64,000 bases of DNA from Acidimicrobiales bacterium. Its GTDB lineage: Bacteria > Actinomycetota > Acidimicrobiia > Acidimicrobiales > SZUA-35. The notes beneath the pieces were generated by a model that was given only the letters and a program-made list of their open reading frames with translations, was not told where the DNA came from and did no database searches. The stretch is taken from contig OZ244195.1 of NCBI GenBank assembly GCA_965216685.1, positions 657,610-721,609 of the forward strand, in the 5' to 3' direction. Of the stretch, positions 48,736 to 57,842 are shown in pieces; the first letter of the stretch is position 1; every line of letters begins with the position of its first letter. Position numbers and translations under genes: made by a program.

Positions 48736-48790
48736 TCCAAAATTGCAGTGGAAAACGAGCTGTGAGCTCGTTTTCCACTGCAATTTTGGA
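48736..48790. repeat. family-A palindromic repeat, copy 4 (25-bp perfect stem)
   Basis: TCCAAAATTGCAGTGGAAAACGAGC tgtga GCTCGTTTTCCACTGCAATTTTGGA. Confidence 0.85.
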
Positions 48791-48805
48791 GCGAGGGTTG
48801 GCTCC

Positions 48806-49675
48806 TCAGCTGTAGGTCAGGAGGCCGTTGTCGAGCACGACCCGGCCGTCGTCGGCCACCGTCTGGTGGACGGCCCGGCCGTCGTCCTCCACCCACATGC
48901 GGACGGTGAGAGCCTCACCGGGCAGGACCGGTGAGCTGAAGCGCCCGTCCATCGACTTGAACCGGGCCGGATCCGACCCACACAGGGTGTGCAGCAAGGC
49001 CCGGCCGGTGAAGCCGTACGTGCACAGCCCGTGGAGGATGGGGCGGGGGAAGCCACCGACGTCGGAGAACTGTTTGTCGGAGTGCAACGGGTTTCGGTCA
49101 CCGCACAACCGGTAGAGCAGGGCCTGATCAGGGCGGGTTTGATAGGTGACCTCGCGGTCGGGCCTGCGTTCGGGGGCCACGTTGACGGCGGCCGACGGTC
49201 CCCGGTCGCCGCCGAACCCTCCCTCACCGATGATGAACATCGACGAGGTGGTCTCGAACAGAGGCTGCCCGTCGTCGGTCGAGGTGGCCGTGGCCTTCAT
49301 GGCCACCAGCGCCCCCTTGCCCTTGTCGTAGATGCCGGTCAGTTCGTCGACCATCTCCACTTCACCCGATGCCGGAATGGGGCGGTGTATCGTCACTCCC
49401 TGCTGACCGTGGACCAGCATGCGGTTGTCCCAGGTTCCGGCCGCCTCACGGGCGCTGCGGCCGCCCTCGGCCTTGAAGCTCGACATGACCACGAAGGTGG
49501 GGAACACCTGCTGATCGACCCCTCTGGTGTTCTCAGTGGTGAACTCCAGCTCGCGGCTGACCGGGTCAAGGGTTCCGGCCCCTATTCCCAGCGCGTAGAG
49601 CAGGCAGTCGTCGCTGGTCCACGACCAGCGACGGGGCTCGCCTCTCGTACCGACGGCGTCCGGGTTTACGGGCAT
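48806..49675 (-). CDS. MaoC-like (R)-specific enoyl-CoA hydratase, double hot-dog
   Basis: 289 aa. The C-terminal hot-dog carries GDRNPLHSD. Confidence 0.85.
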   Translation of the reverse strand: MPVNPDAVGTRGEPRRWSWTSDDCLLYALGIGAGTLDPVSRELEFTTENTRGVDQQVFPTFVVMSSFKAEGGRSAREAAGTWDNRMLVHGQQGVTIHRPIPASGEVEMVDELTGIYDKGKGALVAMKATATSTDDGQPLFETTSSMFIIGEGGFGGDRGPSAAVNVAPERRPDREVTYQTRPDQALLYRLCGDRNPLHSDKQFSDVGGFPRPILHGLCTYGFTGRALLHTLCGSDPARFKSMDGRFSSPVLPGEALTVRMWVEDDGRAVHQTVADDGRVVLDNGLLTYS

Positions 49676-49736
49676 GGCATCATCCTTCCGATGAATCGTC
49701 CTTCCGACGAGTAGTGGTGGTGTTGGCTGAGCGGGA

Positions 49737-50663
49737 TCAAAACGGCGTCGGCCGACCGGGGCCGGTGACCGGTTGTCCCGACATGTCGCTGTTGGGCTGG
49801 GCCTCGGCCATCAACTTCTTCACCGCCGGGCCGATGGCGACCGGGTCGTCGACCGGTTCGACGGCCGGTCCCCGGTGCCACATGTTGGCTACGGCCAGAA
49901 CCCGACCGCTGGCCTCGAACACCCGGCCGGTCACCGGAGCCGACTCACTGCTGGCCAGCCAGGTGGCGATGGGGGCGATCCAGCGAGGATGCATCTGCTC
50001 CCGCTCCTCGTCACTACCCTGCCCCATCCCCAGGTTCTCGGTCATGCGGGTCAGGGCGGCCGGGGCAATGGCGTTGACCGTCACCCCGTAGCGGTGGAGT
50101 TCCTGGGCGGCGATGATGGTGAAGGCGGCGATCCCGGCCTTGGCCGCCCCGTAGTTGGTCTGACCCGGGTTGCCGTAGATGCCCGACACCGAGCTGGTGT
50201 TGATGATGCGGGCGTCGTTGGATTCACCGGCTTTGGCCCGTTCCCGCCAGTAGGCGGCGGCATGACGGGCGGGGGCGAACGTACCCTTCAGGTGGACCTG
50301 GATCACGGCGTCCCACTCGGCCTCAGTCATGTTGGTCAGCATGCGATCCCGCAGAATGCCGGCATTGTTGATGACGACGTCGATGCCCCCGAAGTGGTCG
50401 ATGGCGGTGTCGATGAGATTCTTGGCCCCGGCGAAGTCGGACACGTCGTCACCGTTGACCACGGCCTCGCCCCCCGATTCGGTTATCTCCGCCACCACCT
50501 GCTGGGCCGGGCTGAGATCGTCACCGGTTCCGTCGACATCGCCCCCCAGATCGTTCACCACCACCTTCGCCCCGTGGTGGGCCAGCATCAGCGCATGCTC
50601 CCGGCCGATGCCCCGCCCCGCGCCGGTCACGACGGCGATTCGCCCCTCACACAGCTTTGTCAT
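49737..50663 (-). CDS. SDR-family oxidoreductase (MFE-2-like 3-hydroxyacyl-CoA dehydrogenase type)
   Basis: TGAGRGIG, NNAGI, YGAAK. Confidence 0.85.
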   Translation of the reverse strand: MTKLCEGRIAVVTGAGRGIGREHALMLAHHGAKVVVNDLGGDVDGTGDDLSPAQQVVAEITESGGEAVVNGDDVSDFAGAKNLIDTAIDHFGGIDVVINNAGILRDRMLTNMTEAEWDAVIQVHLKGTFAPARHAAAYWRERAKAGESNDARIINTSSVSGIYGNPGQTNYGAAKAGIAAFTIIAAQELHRYGVTVNAIAPAALTRMTENLGMGQGSDEEREQMHPRWIAPIATWLASSESAPVTGRVFEASGRVLAVANMWHRGPAVEPVDDPVAIGPAVKKLMAEAQPNSDMSGQPVTGPGRPTPF

Positions 50664-50788
50664 CTCTCACCTCGTTGCTCATGTCGAAGGGCAGTGCCCT
50701 ACGGTGGCCGCAATCGGGCAAACCCGTTGACGATGATGTCACATTGCCACTGTCGTTCCAAAGTTCCCGTACCGTCACAGTGTGGACG

Positions 50789-53152
50789 ATGACCGCCAAC
50801 CCGGCATTCGACGTGGCAGAATGGACTCCGGTGACTACTGAAGGTGACGGTGACCAGACAGGATCCATCGATCAGTCGGGCGTTCAGGCCGACTCGGTCG
50901 AAGCTCTGCTGGCCGAGCTTCTGGGCTCCGATGTCAATCCACCGGTTGACGCCACCGACCAGGTCGATCAGTCCGCCGGCGATGCCGGCCCGATCGACCT
51001 GAACGACGTCATCATCGGGAGCGAAGATCCAACGATGGTGTTCCCCTCGACCGGTACCCCGGCCGAGGAGGAGTCGGCCGAGGCGGTCGACAAACCGGCT
51101 TTCGACCGGGGCGAGGTTGGTCTCGACGGCGACGTGGTCGACGAGACGGCGGTCCTCCATACGGCCGGCCCCGAACCCACCGTTGTGGCGCCCATGCCGG
51201 TGGCGCCGCCGGTCGATCGGGCCGCACCACCCGACCGGCCGCCGGCCGAGCCGAGGCGATCCAGGGGCTCGGGCCCCGGACGATTGCTGAAGTTGGGCGC
51301 GCTGGCCCTACTTGGTCTGTGCCTGCTCCTGGTGGCGGCCTGGGCCGTCGATCTGGCCCGTCATCAGGACACGGTGATGCGGGGGATTGAATTGGCGGGA
51401 ACGTCGCTCGAAGGTATGAGCCGAGCCGATCTGGACGAGCTGCTCGACGAGCAACGGGATGAGCTGGCGGCCACGCCGCTCGACGTGGTGGTGGGGGAAA
51501 CGACGATAACCACCGATCCGGTCACCATGGGCATGGCCTTCGACCGCGACGCCATGGTCGACGACGCCATGGGTGTGGGACGTACCGGATTCTTTCCCAC
51601 CCGACCGTTGACCTGGGTCGGATCACTGTTCAGCAGCCAGGAACTTGAACCCCGCTATGCCATCGATGCCGACGCCACCACCGAGGCGGCCCAAGCCGTC
51701 GTCGCCAGCCTGCTCGATCAGCCGGTGGAGCCGGAGCTGATTCTCGACGGCAGCGACCAATTCACCGTGCTGCCGGGTGAGAGTGGCATCACGTTCAGCT
51801 CCCGGGAACTGGTGGGACTGCTCCCATCGGTTGTCGAGGCCGGGCCGCCCTATGAGGTCGAGCTGCAGGCCATCGTGGCCCAGCCCGAGATCGATCAGTC
51901 CGATCTGGAAGCGGTGGCCGCCGAGATCAACGATCTGACGGCCGAACCGGTCCGGATTCAGGTTCTCGACGACTTCGCCGACGTCGAACCGGCCATGTTG
52001 AAGTCATGGGCCGACGCCGAAACCGAGGGCGAGGTGACCTGGTCATTCGAGCCGTCACGAGTGCTGGCCGATCTCCGCCCCCTTTTCCCGACACTGGGTT
52101 CGGAGGATCAGCGGGCCCGATTCACCGTGGTCGATCAGGAGCCGGTGATCGTCCCGGCCTCGGAGACGGTGGTCTGCTGTGACGAGGATTCGGTCAACCG
52201 CCTGCTGTCGGGTCTCCAGGCTCCGATCCCGGTGGCCGACGACGACGAGGACGACAGCGAATCATCCGAAGACGATGAGGCTCCGGCCCGCACGATCGTT
52301 CTGGAGCCCTCCATCGTCGGGGCCGACGAGGGGGTGGCCGAGCTTGAGACCCTGGGCATCGTGGAGGAGGTCAGCACTTTCACCACCAATCACGCCTGCT
52401 GCCAGCCCCGGGTCAAGAACATCCAGCGGTTCGCCGACCTGATGCAGGGTGTCATCATCCGGCCGGGCGAGTCGTTCTCCCTCAACGATCACGTCGGCCG
52501 TCGTACCATCGAGAAGGGCTTCGTGGCCGACGGGGCCATCAACCTCGGGGTTCTGGAGCCACAGGTCGGTGGCGGCATCAGCCAGTACGCAACCACCTTC
52601 TTCAACGCCTCGTTCTTCGCCGGACTGGAGTTCCTGGAATACCAGTCGCACTCGCTGTACATCTCCCGCTATCCCCGGGGTCGTGAAGCCACCATCTCAT
52701 GGCGCCGACCCGATCTCGAGGTTCGCAACAACACACCGTACGGAATCCTGGTCTGGAACGAGTACACCTCGACCTCGATCACGGTGAGCTTCTACTCGAC
52801 CAAACACCTCGAGGTCGAGGCGCTGCCGCTGCAACGTTCATCGGAGCGTCAGTGTCGGGTCGACATCACCCCCCGTTTGATCACCTATCCCGACGGTACA
52901 ACGGCCGAAGACAGCGTCTACGCCGTCTACCGGCCCGGTGAAGGCCTCGACTGTGCCGGCAACTCGACTCGACCAGAGCTCGAGCCCGAAGCCCCCACCG
53001 CCACCGAGCCCCAGCCGGAACCCGAGCCGGAGCCAGAACCAGAACCCGAGCCGGAGCCCGAGCCTGAGCCGGAGCCGGCCGATCCCGATGATGATCCGGC
53101 GGCAGCCGTCAACACCACTCAGGAGGCCACAGGCGACGACGGGGGTGGTTAG
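50789..53152 (+). CDS. VanW-domain cell-envelope protein with N-terminal TM anchor and C-terminal (EP)n tail
   Basis: VanW block RPGESFSLND...GGGISQYATTFFNA. TM LGALALLGLCLLLVAAWAV. Start is ATG 50789 or GTG 50780. Confidence 0.75.
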   Translation: MTANPAFDVAEWTPVTTEGDGDQTGSIDQSGVQADSVEALLAELLGSDVNPPVDATDQVDQSAGDAGPIDLNDVIIGSEDPTMVFPSTGTPAEEESAEAVDKPAFDRGEVGLDGDVVDETAVLHTAGPEPTVVAPMPVAPPVDRAAPPDRPPAEPRRSRGSGPGRLLKLGALALLGLCLLLVAAWAVDLARHQDTVMRGIELAGTSLEGMSRADLDELLDEQRDELAATPLDVVVGETTITTDPVTMGMAFDRDAMVDDAMGVGRTGFFPTRPLTWVGSLFSSQELEPRYAIDADATTEAAQAVVASLLDQPVEPELILDGSDQFTVLPGESGITFSSRELVGLLPSVVEAGPPYEVELQAIVAQPEIDQSDLEAVAAEINDLTAEPVRIQVLDDFADVEPAMLKSWADAETEGEVTWSFEPSRVLADLRPLFPTLGSEDQRARFTVVDQEPVIVPASETVVCCDEDSVNRLLSGLQAPIPVADDDEDDSESSEDDEAPARTIVLEPSIVGADEGVAELETLGIVEEVSTFTTNHACCQPRVKNIQRFADLMQGVIIRPGESFSLNDHVGRRTIEKGFVADGAINLGVLEPQVGGGISQYATTFFNASFFAGLEFLEYQSHSLYISRYPRGREATISWRRPDLEVRNNTPYGILVWNEYTSTSITVSFYSTKHLEVEALPLQRSSERQCRVDITPRLITYPDGTTAEDSVYAVYRPGEGLDCAGNSTRPELEPEAPTATEPQPEPEPEPEPEPEPEPEPEPEPADPDDDPAAAVNTTQEATGDDGGG
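53006..53077 (+). repeat. GAGCCN hexanucleotide repeat encoding (EP)12
   Basis: gag ccc cag ccg gaa ccc gag ccg gag cca ... read directly. Confidence 0.85.
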
Positions 53153-53155
53153 CGG

Positions 53156-53178
53156 GTTTCGGCCCCGACAGCCGAAAC
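53156..53178 (+). terminator. candidate stem-loop after the VanW gene
   Basis: GTTTCGGC cccgaca GCCGAAAC, 4 nt after the stop. No U-tract. Confidence 0.3.
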
Positions 53179-53224
53179 TCGAAGCGAGGCGCTCCGGGCC
53201 GAAGCCGGTAGGTTTTGCTGGTAA

Positions 53225-54493
53225 GTGGATCAGCATTATGAACCTGTCCGCAAGACCGACATTGTGGTGGTTGGAGCAGGACCAGCGGGCACTGCGGCAG
53301 CCATCGAGGCGGTACGTTCCGGACTCGACGTCGTCGTCATAGACAAGGCAACCTTTCCCCGCTCCAAATGCTGCGGGGACGGTCTGACCACCAGCGCCCT
53401 CCGCCAACTGGAGGATCTCGGTTTCGATCCCGCTTCGGTTCCCAGCTGGACCCGGGTCGACGATGTCGTCATCACGAGCCCGGCCGGGCGCCGGCGAACC
53501 TATCCCCTGCCTCGGGCCGACGGCGTCTTCGCCGCCGTGGCCCGGCGATCCGAGCTCGACCATCAGCTGGTGCTACTGGCCCGCCGGGCCGGAGCGGAAG
53601 TGCTGGAGAACCATGAACTGGTCGACCTCGACCAGGACCAGTCGTCGGTGACGCTGCGGGTCCAGCACGACGATCGCACCTGCAACATCCGCACCCGGTT
53701 CGTGGTGGCGGCCGATGGTATGTGGTCACGCACCCGCAAGCTGGCCGGGGTGGCACCAGCCGGCTATCGGGGCGACTGGCACGCCTTTCGCCAATACTTC
53801 AAAGGAGTGTCGACCTTCGCCCAGGACAAATTGATCGTCTGGTTCGAACCCGACCTCCTGCCGGGCTATGCCTGGTCCTTCCCCCTGGCCGACGGGCGGG
53901 CCAATGTAGGGTTCGGCATCATCCGAGCCGAAGGGGGAAAGCGGATCCAGAACATGAAGTCGTTGTGGTCCGCTCTGCTGGAACGACCCCACATCCGATC
54001 CCAGTTGGGGTCAAAGGCGGAACCGGAGGAGCCTCATCGAGCGTGGCCGATCCCGGCCCGTCTCGGCCAACTTCCGCTGGCCCTGGGCCGGGTGTTGTTC
54101 ACCGGAGACGCCGCCGCCGTGACCGATCCCATGAGCGGGGAGGGCATCGGCCAGGCCCTGGAGAGTGGCCGGATGGCCGTGGGGGCCATCGTCGGCGAGG
54201 GCATCGACCATCCCACCGCGGTACGCGACCGCTATCAGAAAACCCTGTCCCGCAGCATCGGTCGGGATCACCGCTTGGCCCAATCACTTTCCCGACTGCT
54301 GGCCACGCCATGGATCACCGAGGCGGCACTGACCGCCACCGGCGCCACCGCCTGGACCCGGGAAAACTTTGCCCGCTGGCTGTTCGAGGACTACCCCCGG
54401 GCCACCCTGATCAACCCTCGCCGCTGGCCGGAGAAGCCGCTGGGTCAACCTGCCCCCTTCGCTTGTCTGGATTCGTCGAACTCCCCAACCTAG
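53225..54493 (+). CDS. FAD-dependent oxidoreductase, geranylgeranyl reductase family
   Basis: VVVGAGPAGTAAA dinucleotide-binding motif, KCCGDGL, FTGDAAAVTDPMSGEGI. Confidence 0.8.
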   Translation: MDQHYEPVRKTDIVVVGAGPAGTAAAIEAVRSGLDVVVIDKATFPRSKCCGDGLTTSALRQLEDLGFDPASVPSWTRVDDVVITSPAGRRRTYPLPRADGVFAAVARRSELDHQLVLLARRAGAEVLENHELVDLDQDQSSVTLRVQHDDRTCNIRTRFVVAADGMWSRTRKLAGVAPAGYRGDWHAFRQYFKGVSTFAQDKLIVWFEPDLLPGYAWSFPLADGRANVGFGIIRAEGGKRIQNMKSLWSALLERPHIRSQLGSKAEPEEPHRAWPIPARLGQLPLALGRVLFTGDAAAVTDPMSGEGIGQALESGRMAVGAIVGEGIDHPTAVRDRYQKTLSRSIGRDHRLAQSLSRLLATPWITEAALTATGATAWTRENFARWLFEDYPRATLINPRRWPEKPLGQPAPFACLDSSNSPT

Positions 54494-54503
54494 AGTTTTG
54501 CTC

Positions 54504-55511
54504 ATGGCCTCAGCATCTGCACGCGAACTTCGCTCCGGATCATCCGAGCTGCCACCGGCCGACTACATCGAGGAGACGCGCCGGCTGTATGCCACCCTTG
54601 GCTACGACGACTACCGTTGGGCCGAGCGACCTGAACGCCCGGCCTGGAGCCCAATCGACAAGCCATTGCGGTCAGCCACCGTCGCCATCGTCGGATCCGG
54701 AGGTGTCTACCGGCGAGGCCAGATCGCCTTCCACACCAAGGACGACACGTCGATCCGGGTCATCGACGTCGATACACCGGCTGAGGAACTGCGGGTGTCA
54801 CACTTCGCATACGATCAAACCGACGCCCGGTCCGACCCCAACTGCGTGTTCCCACTGGAACGGCTGCGGGAACTGGTGGAGCAGGGTGTGGTCGGCGGCA
54901 TCAGTCCCCTCCACTTCGGTTTCATGGGAGGAATCTACTCGACCCGACGCCTGCTGGCCGAGACGGCGGAGTTGCTGAGCGACCAGCTCAAGCGGATGCA
55001 CGATGGCGGCCAACTTGATGTCGTGCTACTGGTACCGGTTTGACCGGTCTGCCACCAGTCGGTCGGTCTGATCGCACGACAAATCGAGGACAGCGGCATC
55101 CCCACGATCTCCTTGACATCGGCCCGAAGCATCACCGAGCGGGCCAACCCGCCTCGCTCCGTCTTCATCGACCTGCCCCTGGGTCACACGGCCGGAGCCC
55201 CCAACGACCCGGTGGGCCAACGGCAGCTCCTCACCGACGCTCTGGTGGCCGGATTTGCCATGACCGAACCGGGCCAGATCGTCGATCTGCCGTTCCGTTG
55301 GATCGACGACAAGTGGAAGTCGGCACCGCTCTCGTGGAGCCGGAAGGCGCAGGAACAGGGAGTCACCGACGTCTCGGCCGGCGACACCAGAACGGCCCGA
55401 GACCCGAATCCGCATTATCACGACGACGCCGATCGGGCGGCGGCCGAGGCGGTGGCCTGGGATGAACAGTGCCAGGTCTGCCTGGGTCTGCCCGATCAGG
55501 GCGCCGGCTGA
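54504..55511 (+). CDS. GrdB (glycine/sarcosine/betaine/proline reductase selenoprotein B) family protein with in-frame TGA 55041-55043: candidate Sec codon, or a nonsense-disrupted gene
   Basis: ORFs 54498..55043 and 55113..55511 share a frame with no other stop between them. Read-through gives LLVPV-U-PVCHQSVGLIARQIEDSGIPT. Confidence 0.6.
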
Positions 55512-57697
55512 GTCCACCTTTCCGACCGGTCCTGAACGAACTCGATCAGTTCGTCCTCGGCCATTGGCTTGGCCAGGAGGGGTCCCTGGGCAACATGGCA
55601 TCCCAGCGAACGGAGCACCGAGAGGGTGGCCTGATCGGCGACGCCGTCGGCCACCACTGTTCGGTCCAGCAACTTCGACAGCTCGATCAGAGCCCGGGCG
55701 AAGAGTAGATTATCCGAGTGGTCGTTCAGCTCGGCCACGAACTTGGGACCGAGTTTGACCTCGGTGATCGGCAGCTCCCGAACCATCGTCGGCGACGAAC
55801 AGGGGGCGGCCAGCTCTTCGGCCGCCACCCCGAGACCGTGATCGACGATCTGGCGCAGGACCCGCACCTGATCGGTATGGCTGCCCAGCGCCGCTATGTC
55901 GGTCAGCCGAAGGGTGAACCTCGAGGGATGAATGTCGTGACCGCGAAGGACGTCGAGGGCATAGGGCAGCCAGTCGTCGGCCAGGAGGCAGCCGGCCGGT
56001 AGCGGCACCGACATTCGCACCGGGAGGCCGACCTGCTCCAGCCGCTGGGCGGCCCGAACGGCCGAGGTCAGCACGAAGCGACCGTAGCGCACCAGCTCGC
56101 CTGCCAGCTCCAACAACTCAACGAAGTGCGTCGGTTTGAGGATCCCCTGTTCGGCGTGGTGCCACCGGGGCTCACCTTCGACACCGACCAGTGCGCCGGT
56201 CTCCAGGTCGAATCGGCCATGGAACCAGACGGCGAACGACTCGTCATCCAGGGCGGAGCCGACTTCCGCCCCCAGGAGCAAGCGGTCGAAGGTCAGACGC
56301 CCGGGGTCCTCGTGATAGATGACGAACGTTCTGTCCGACCGCTTCGACTCGTACATGGCGATGTCGGCGCAACGGATGGCTTCCTCGGTCGTCTTGGCCT
56401 GCTCCGGCAGTAGGACGATTCCAATCGACGGTGTGACCACCAGGCTCACCCCGTCGATATCGATCTTTCGCTGGAATATCCGGTGGATGCGACGAGCCAG
56501 ATCAGCGGCCGCTCCCCTTTCCGAGACACCATTGGCGAGGACGGCGAACTCATCGCCGCCAAGGCGGGCCACGACCGACGCGTCGGACAACTCCTCGACC
56601 AGGCGGGCGGCCAGCGCCTGCAGCAAACGATCGCCGGCCGGATGACCGAAGGTGTCATTGACCTCCTTGAATCGGTTGAGGTCGAGCAACAGCAGTATCG
56701 ACCCGACTCCGCCGGTGGATCCGGCCAGGGTGCGATCAAGCTGACGGAGCAGGACCATCCGATTGCTCAGTCCTGTCAGGTGATCGCGTTCGGCTTGGTG
56801 CCGGATGAGTTCGGTGGCTTCGGCCAACTCCGAAATGTCGGCCGAAACCCCGTGTACCAGACCGCTGCGGGAGTCGCGCTCCACCGAGTGGCGGAACACC
56901 CGGGTCAGCCCGTCCCGTCCGATGACGGTCGTGGTCACCTGCCGGCGGCCTGCCCCGTAGTCCAGTCGGGCCACTTCGGCCACGTCCTTGGTGGCCACGA
57001 AGTCGGTCCACCGCATGCCGACCAGCTCGGACGGCTGGTAGCCCAACAACTCCTCGCAGTTGCCGACAACGGTCACGAACGTCCGGGTTTCGACATCGAC
57101 CTCCCAGAAGAAGACCTCGGAAGCCTGGATGAGCGCCTGATAGCGCTCGGCCGAAACCTCCCACATCTTCCGACGATCGCGGAAGTAGAGATCGAAAGCC
57201 GGAAACAACAGGCTCATGACCAGGGGTATGACGAACCAGTCAGCAGCACCATCCAGGAAGGCCAGGCTTCCGGCAACGCCCACTCCCACCACGGCCAGGA
57301 CCGCCAGCAGCGATCGCCGCTGAACCGGTATGGCCACCACCACAATGGCGGTGATGGCCACCGCAGCCACGGCAAAGGCATCGGGTATGAGCAGGCAGCA
57401 GGCCCCGGTGACGAGGATGTCGCTCAGCGAATTGGCGAAATCGGCGCTGTGACCTCCGAAGCGGCGGTAGATGAGAAAACCCGACAGCGGAACGTAAAGG
57501 GCGGCCACCGATGCTACATAGAGGCGAGCCTGAATGGTCAGATCGAGGGGCAGGACAACTACCACCGCCCCGAAGAAGATGCCGATCATGGTCCGGAACT
57601 GTGTCAGTCTGGAATCGGTGTGGGAGAACCCCAGCACGGTGTGACCGAGCCGATTCAGGCGATCGGTTCGCACCACGCTGGGATCGAGGCGGTCCAT
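55496..57697 (-). CDS. membrane-anchored PAS-GGDEF-EAL signalling protein (EAL domain apparently degenerate)
   Basis: N-terminal about 6 TM. RLGGDEFAVL is intact. The EAL region reads VEGEPRW with several catalytic positions substituted. Confidence 0.85.
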   Translation of the reverse strand: MDRLDPSVVRTDRLNRLGHTVLGFSHTDSRLTQFRTMIGIFFGAVVVVLPLDLTIQARLYVASVAALYVPLSGFLIYRRFGGHSADFANSLSDILVTGACCLLIPDAFAVAAVAITAIVVVAIPVQRRSLLAVLAVVGVGVAGSLAFLDGAADWFVIPLVMSLLFPAFDLYFRDRRKMWEVSAERYQALIQASEVFFWEVDVETRTFVTVVGNCEELLGYQPSELVGMRWTDFVATKDVAEVARLDYGAGRRQVTTTVIGRDGLTRVFRHSVERDSRSGLVHGVSADISELAEATELIRHQAERDHLTGLSNRMVLLRQLDRTLAGSTGGVGSILLLLDLNRFKEVNDTFGHPAGDRLLQALAARLVEELSDASVVARLGGDEFAVLANGVSERGAAADLARRIHRIFQRKIDIDGVSLVVTPSIGIVLLPEQAKTTEEAIRCADIAMYESKRSDRTFVIYHEDPGRLTFDRLLLGAEVGSALDDESFAVWFHGRFDLETGALVGVEGEPRWHHAEQGILKPTHFVELLELAGELVRYGRFVLTSAVRAAQRLEQVGLPVRMSVPLPAGCLLADDWLPYALDVLRGHDIHPSRFTLRLTDIAALGSHTDQVRVLRQIVDHGLGVAAEELAAPCSSPTMVRELPITEVKLGPKFVAELNDHSDNLLFARALIELSKLLDRTVVADGVADQATLSVLRSLGCHVAQGPLLAKPMAEDELIEFVQDRSERWTQPAP

Positions 57698-57842
57698 GTC
57701 CTTCTATCGGCCCGAGCAGCGCCGACGTTGATCGGAAACGTGCAGCCGGCGCGCCGGCGCCAGGTTCCACGTGGTCTTCGTCATTCTCCTACACTCAATG
57801 GCCGCAGCTCGTGGCCTGTATCGGCCCATCAAAAGGAGCACC

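Noticed and set aside
55037-55067. The 22 nt after the TGA (GGTCTGCCACCAGTCGGTCGGT) resemble, from memory, the 3' half of the E. coli fdhF SECIS (GGUCUGCACCAAUCGGUCGGU). An fdhF-like apical hairpin can be drawn: GGU-UU-GAC / CGGUCU loop / GCCACC.
   Set aside because: In that fold the UGA lies inside the 5' arm instead of about 11+ nt upstream. Part of the similarity is explained by a shared HQSVG peptide, and I am quoting fdhF from memory. It is kept only as a caveat to the selenoprotein finding, not as evidence.
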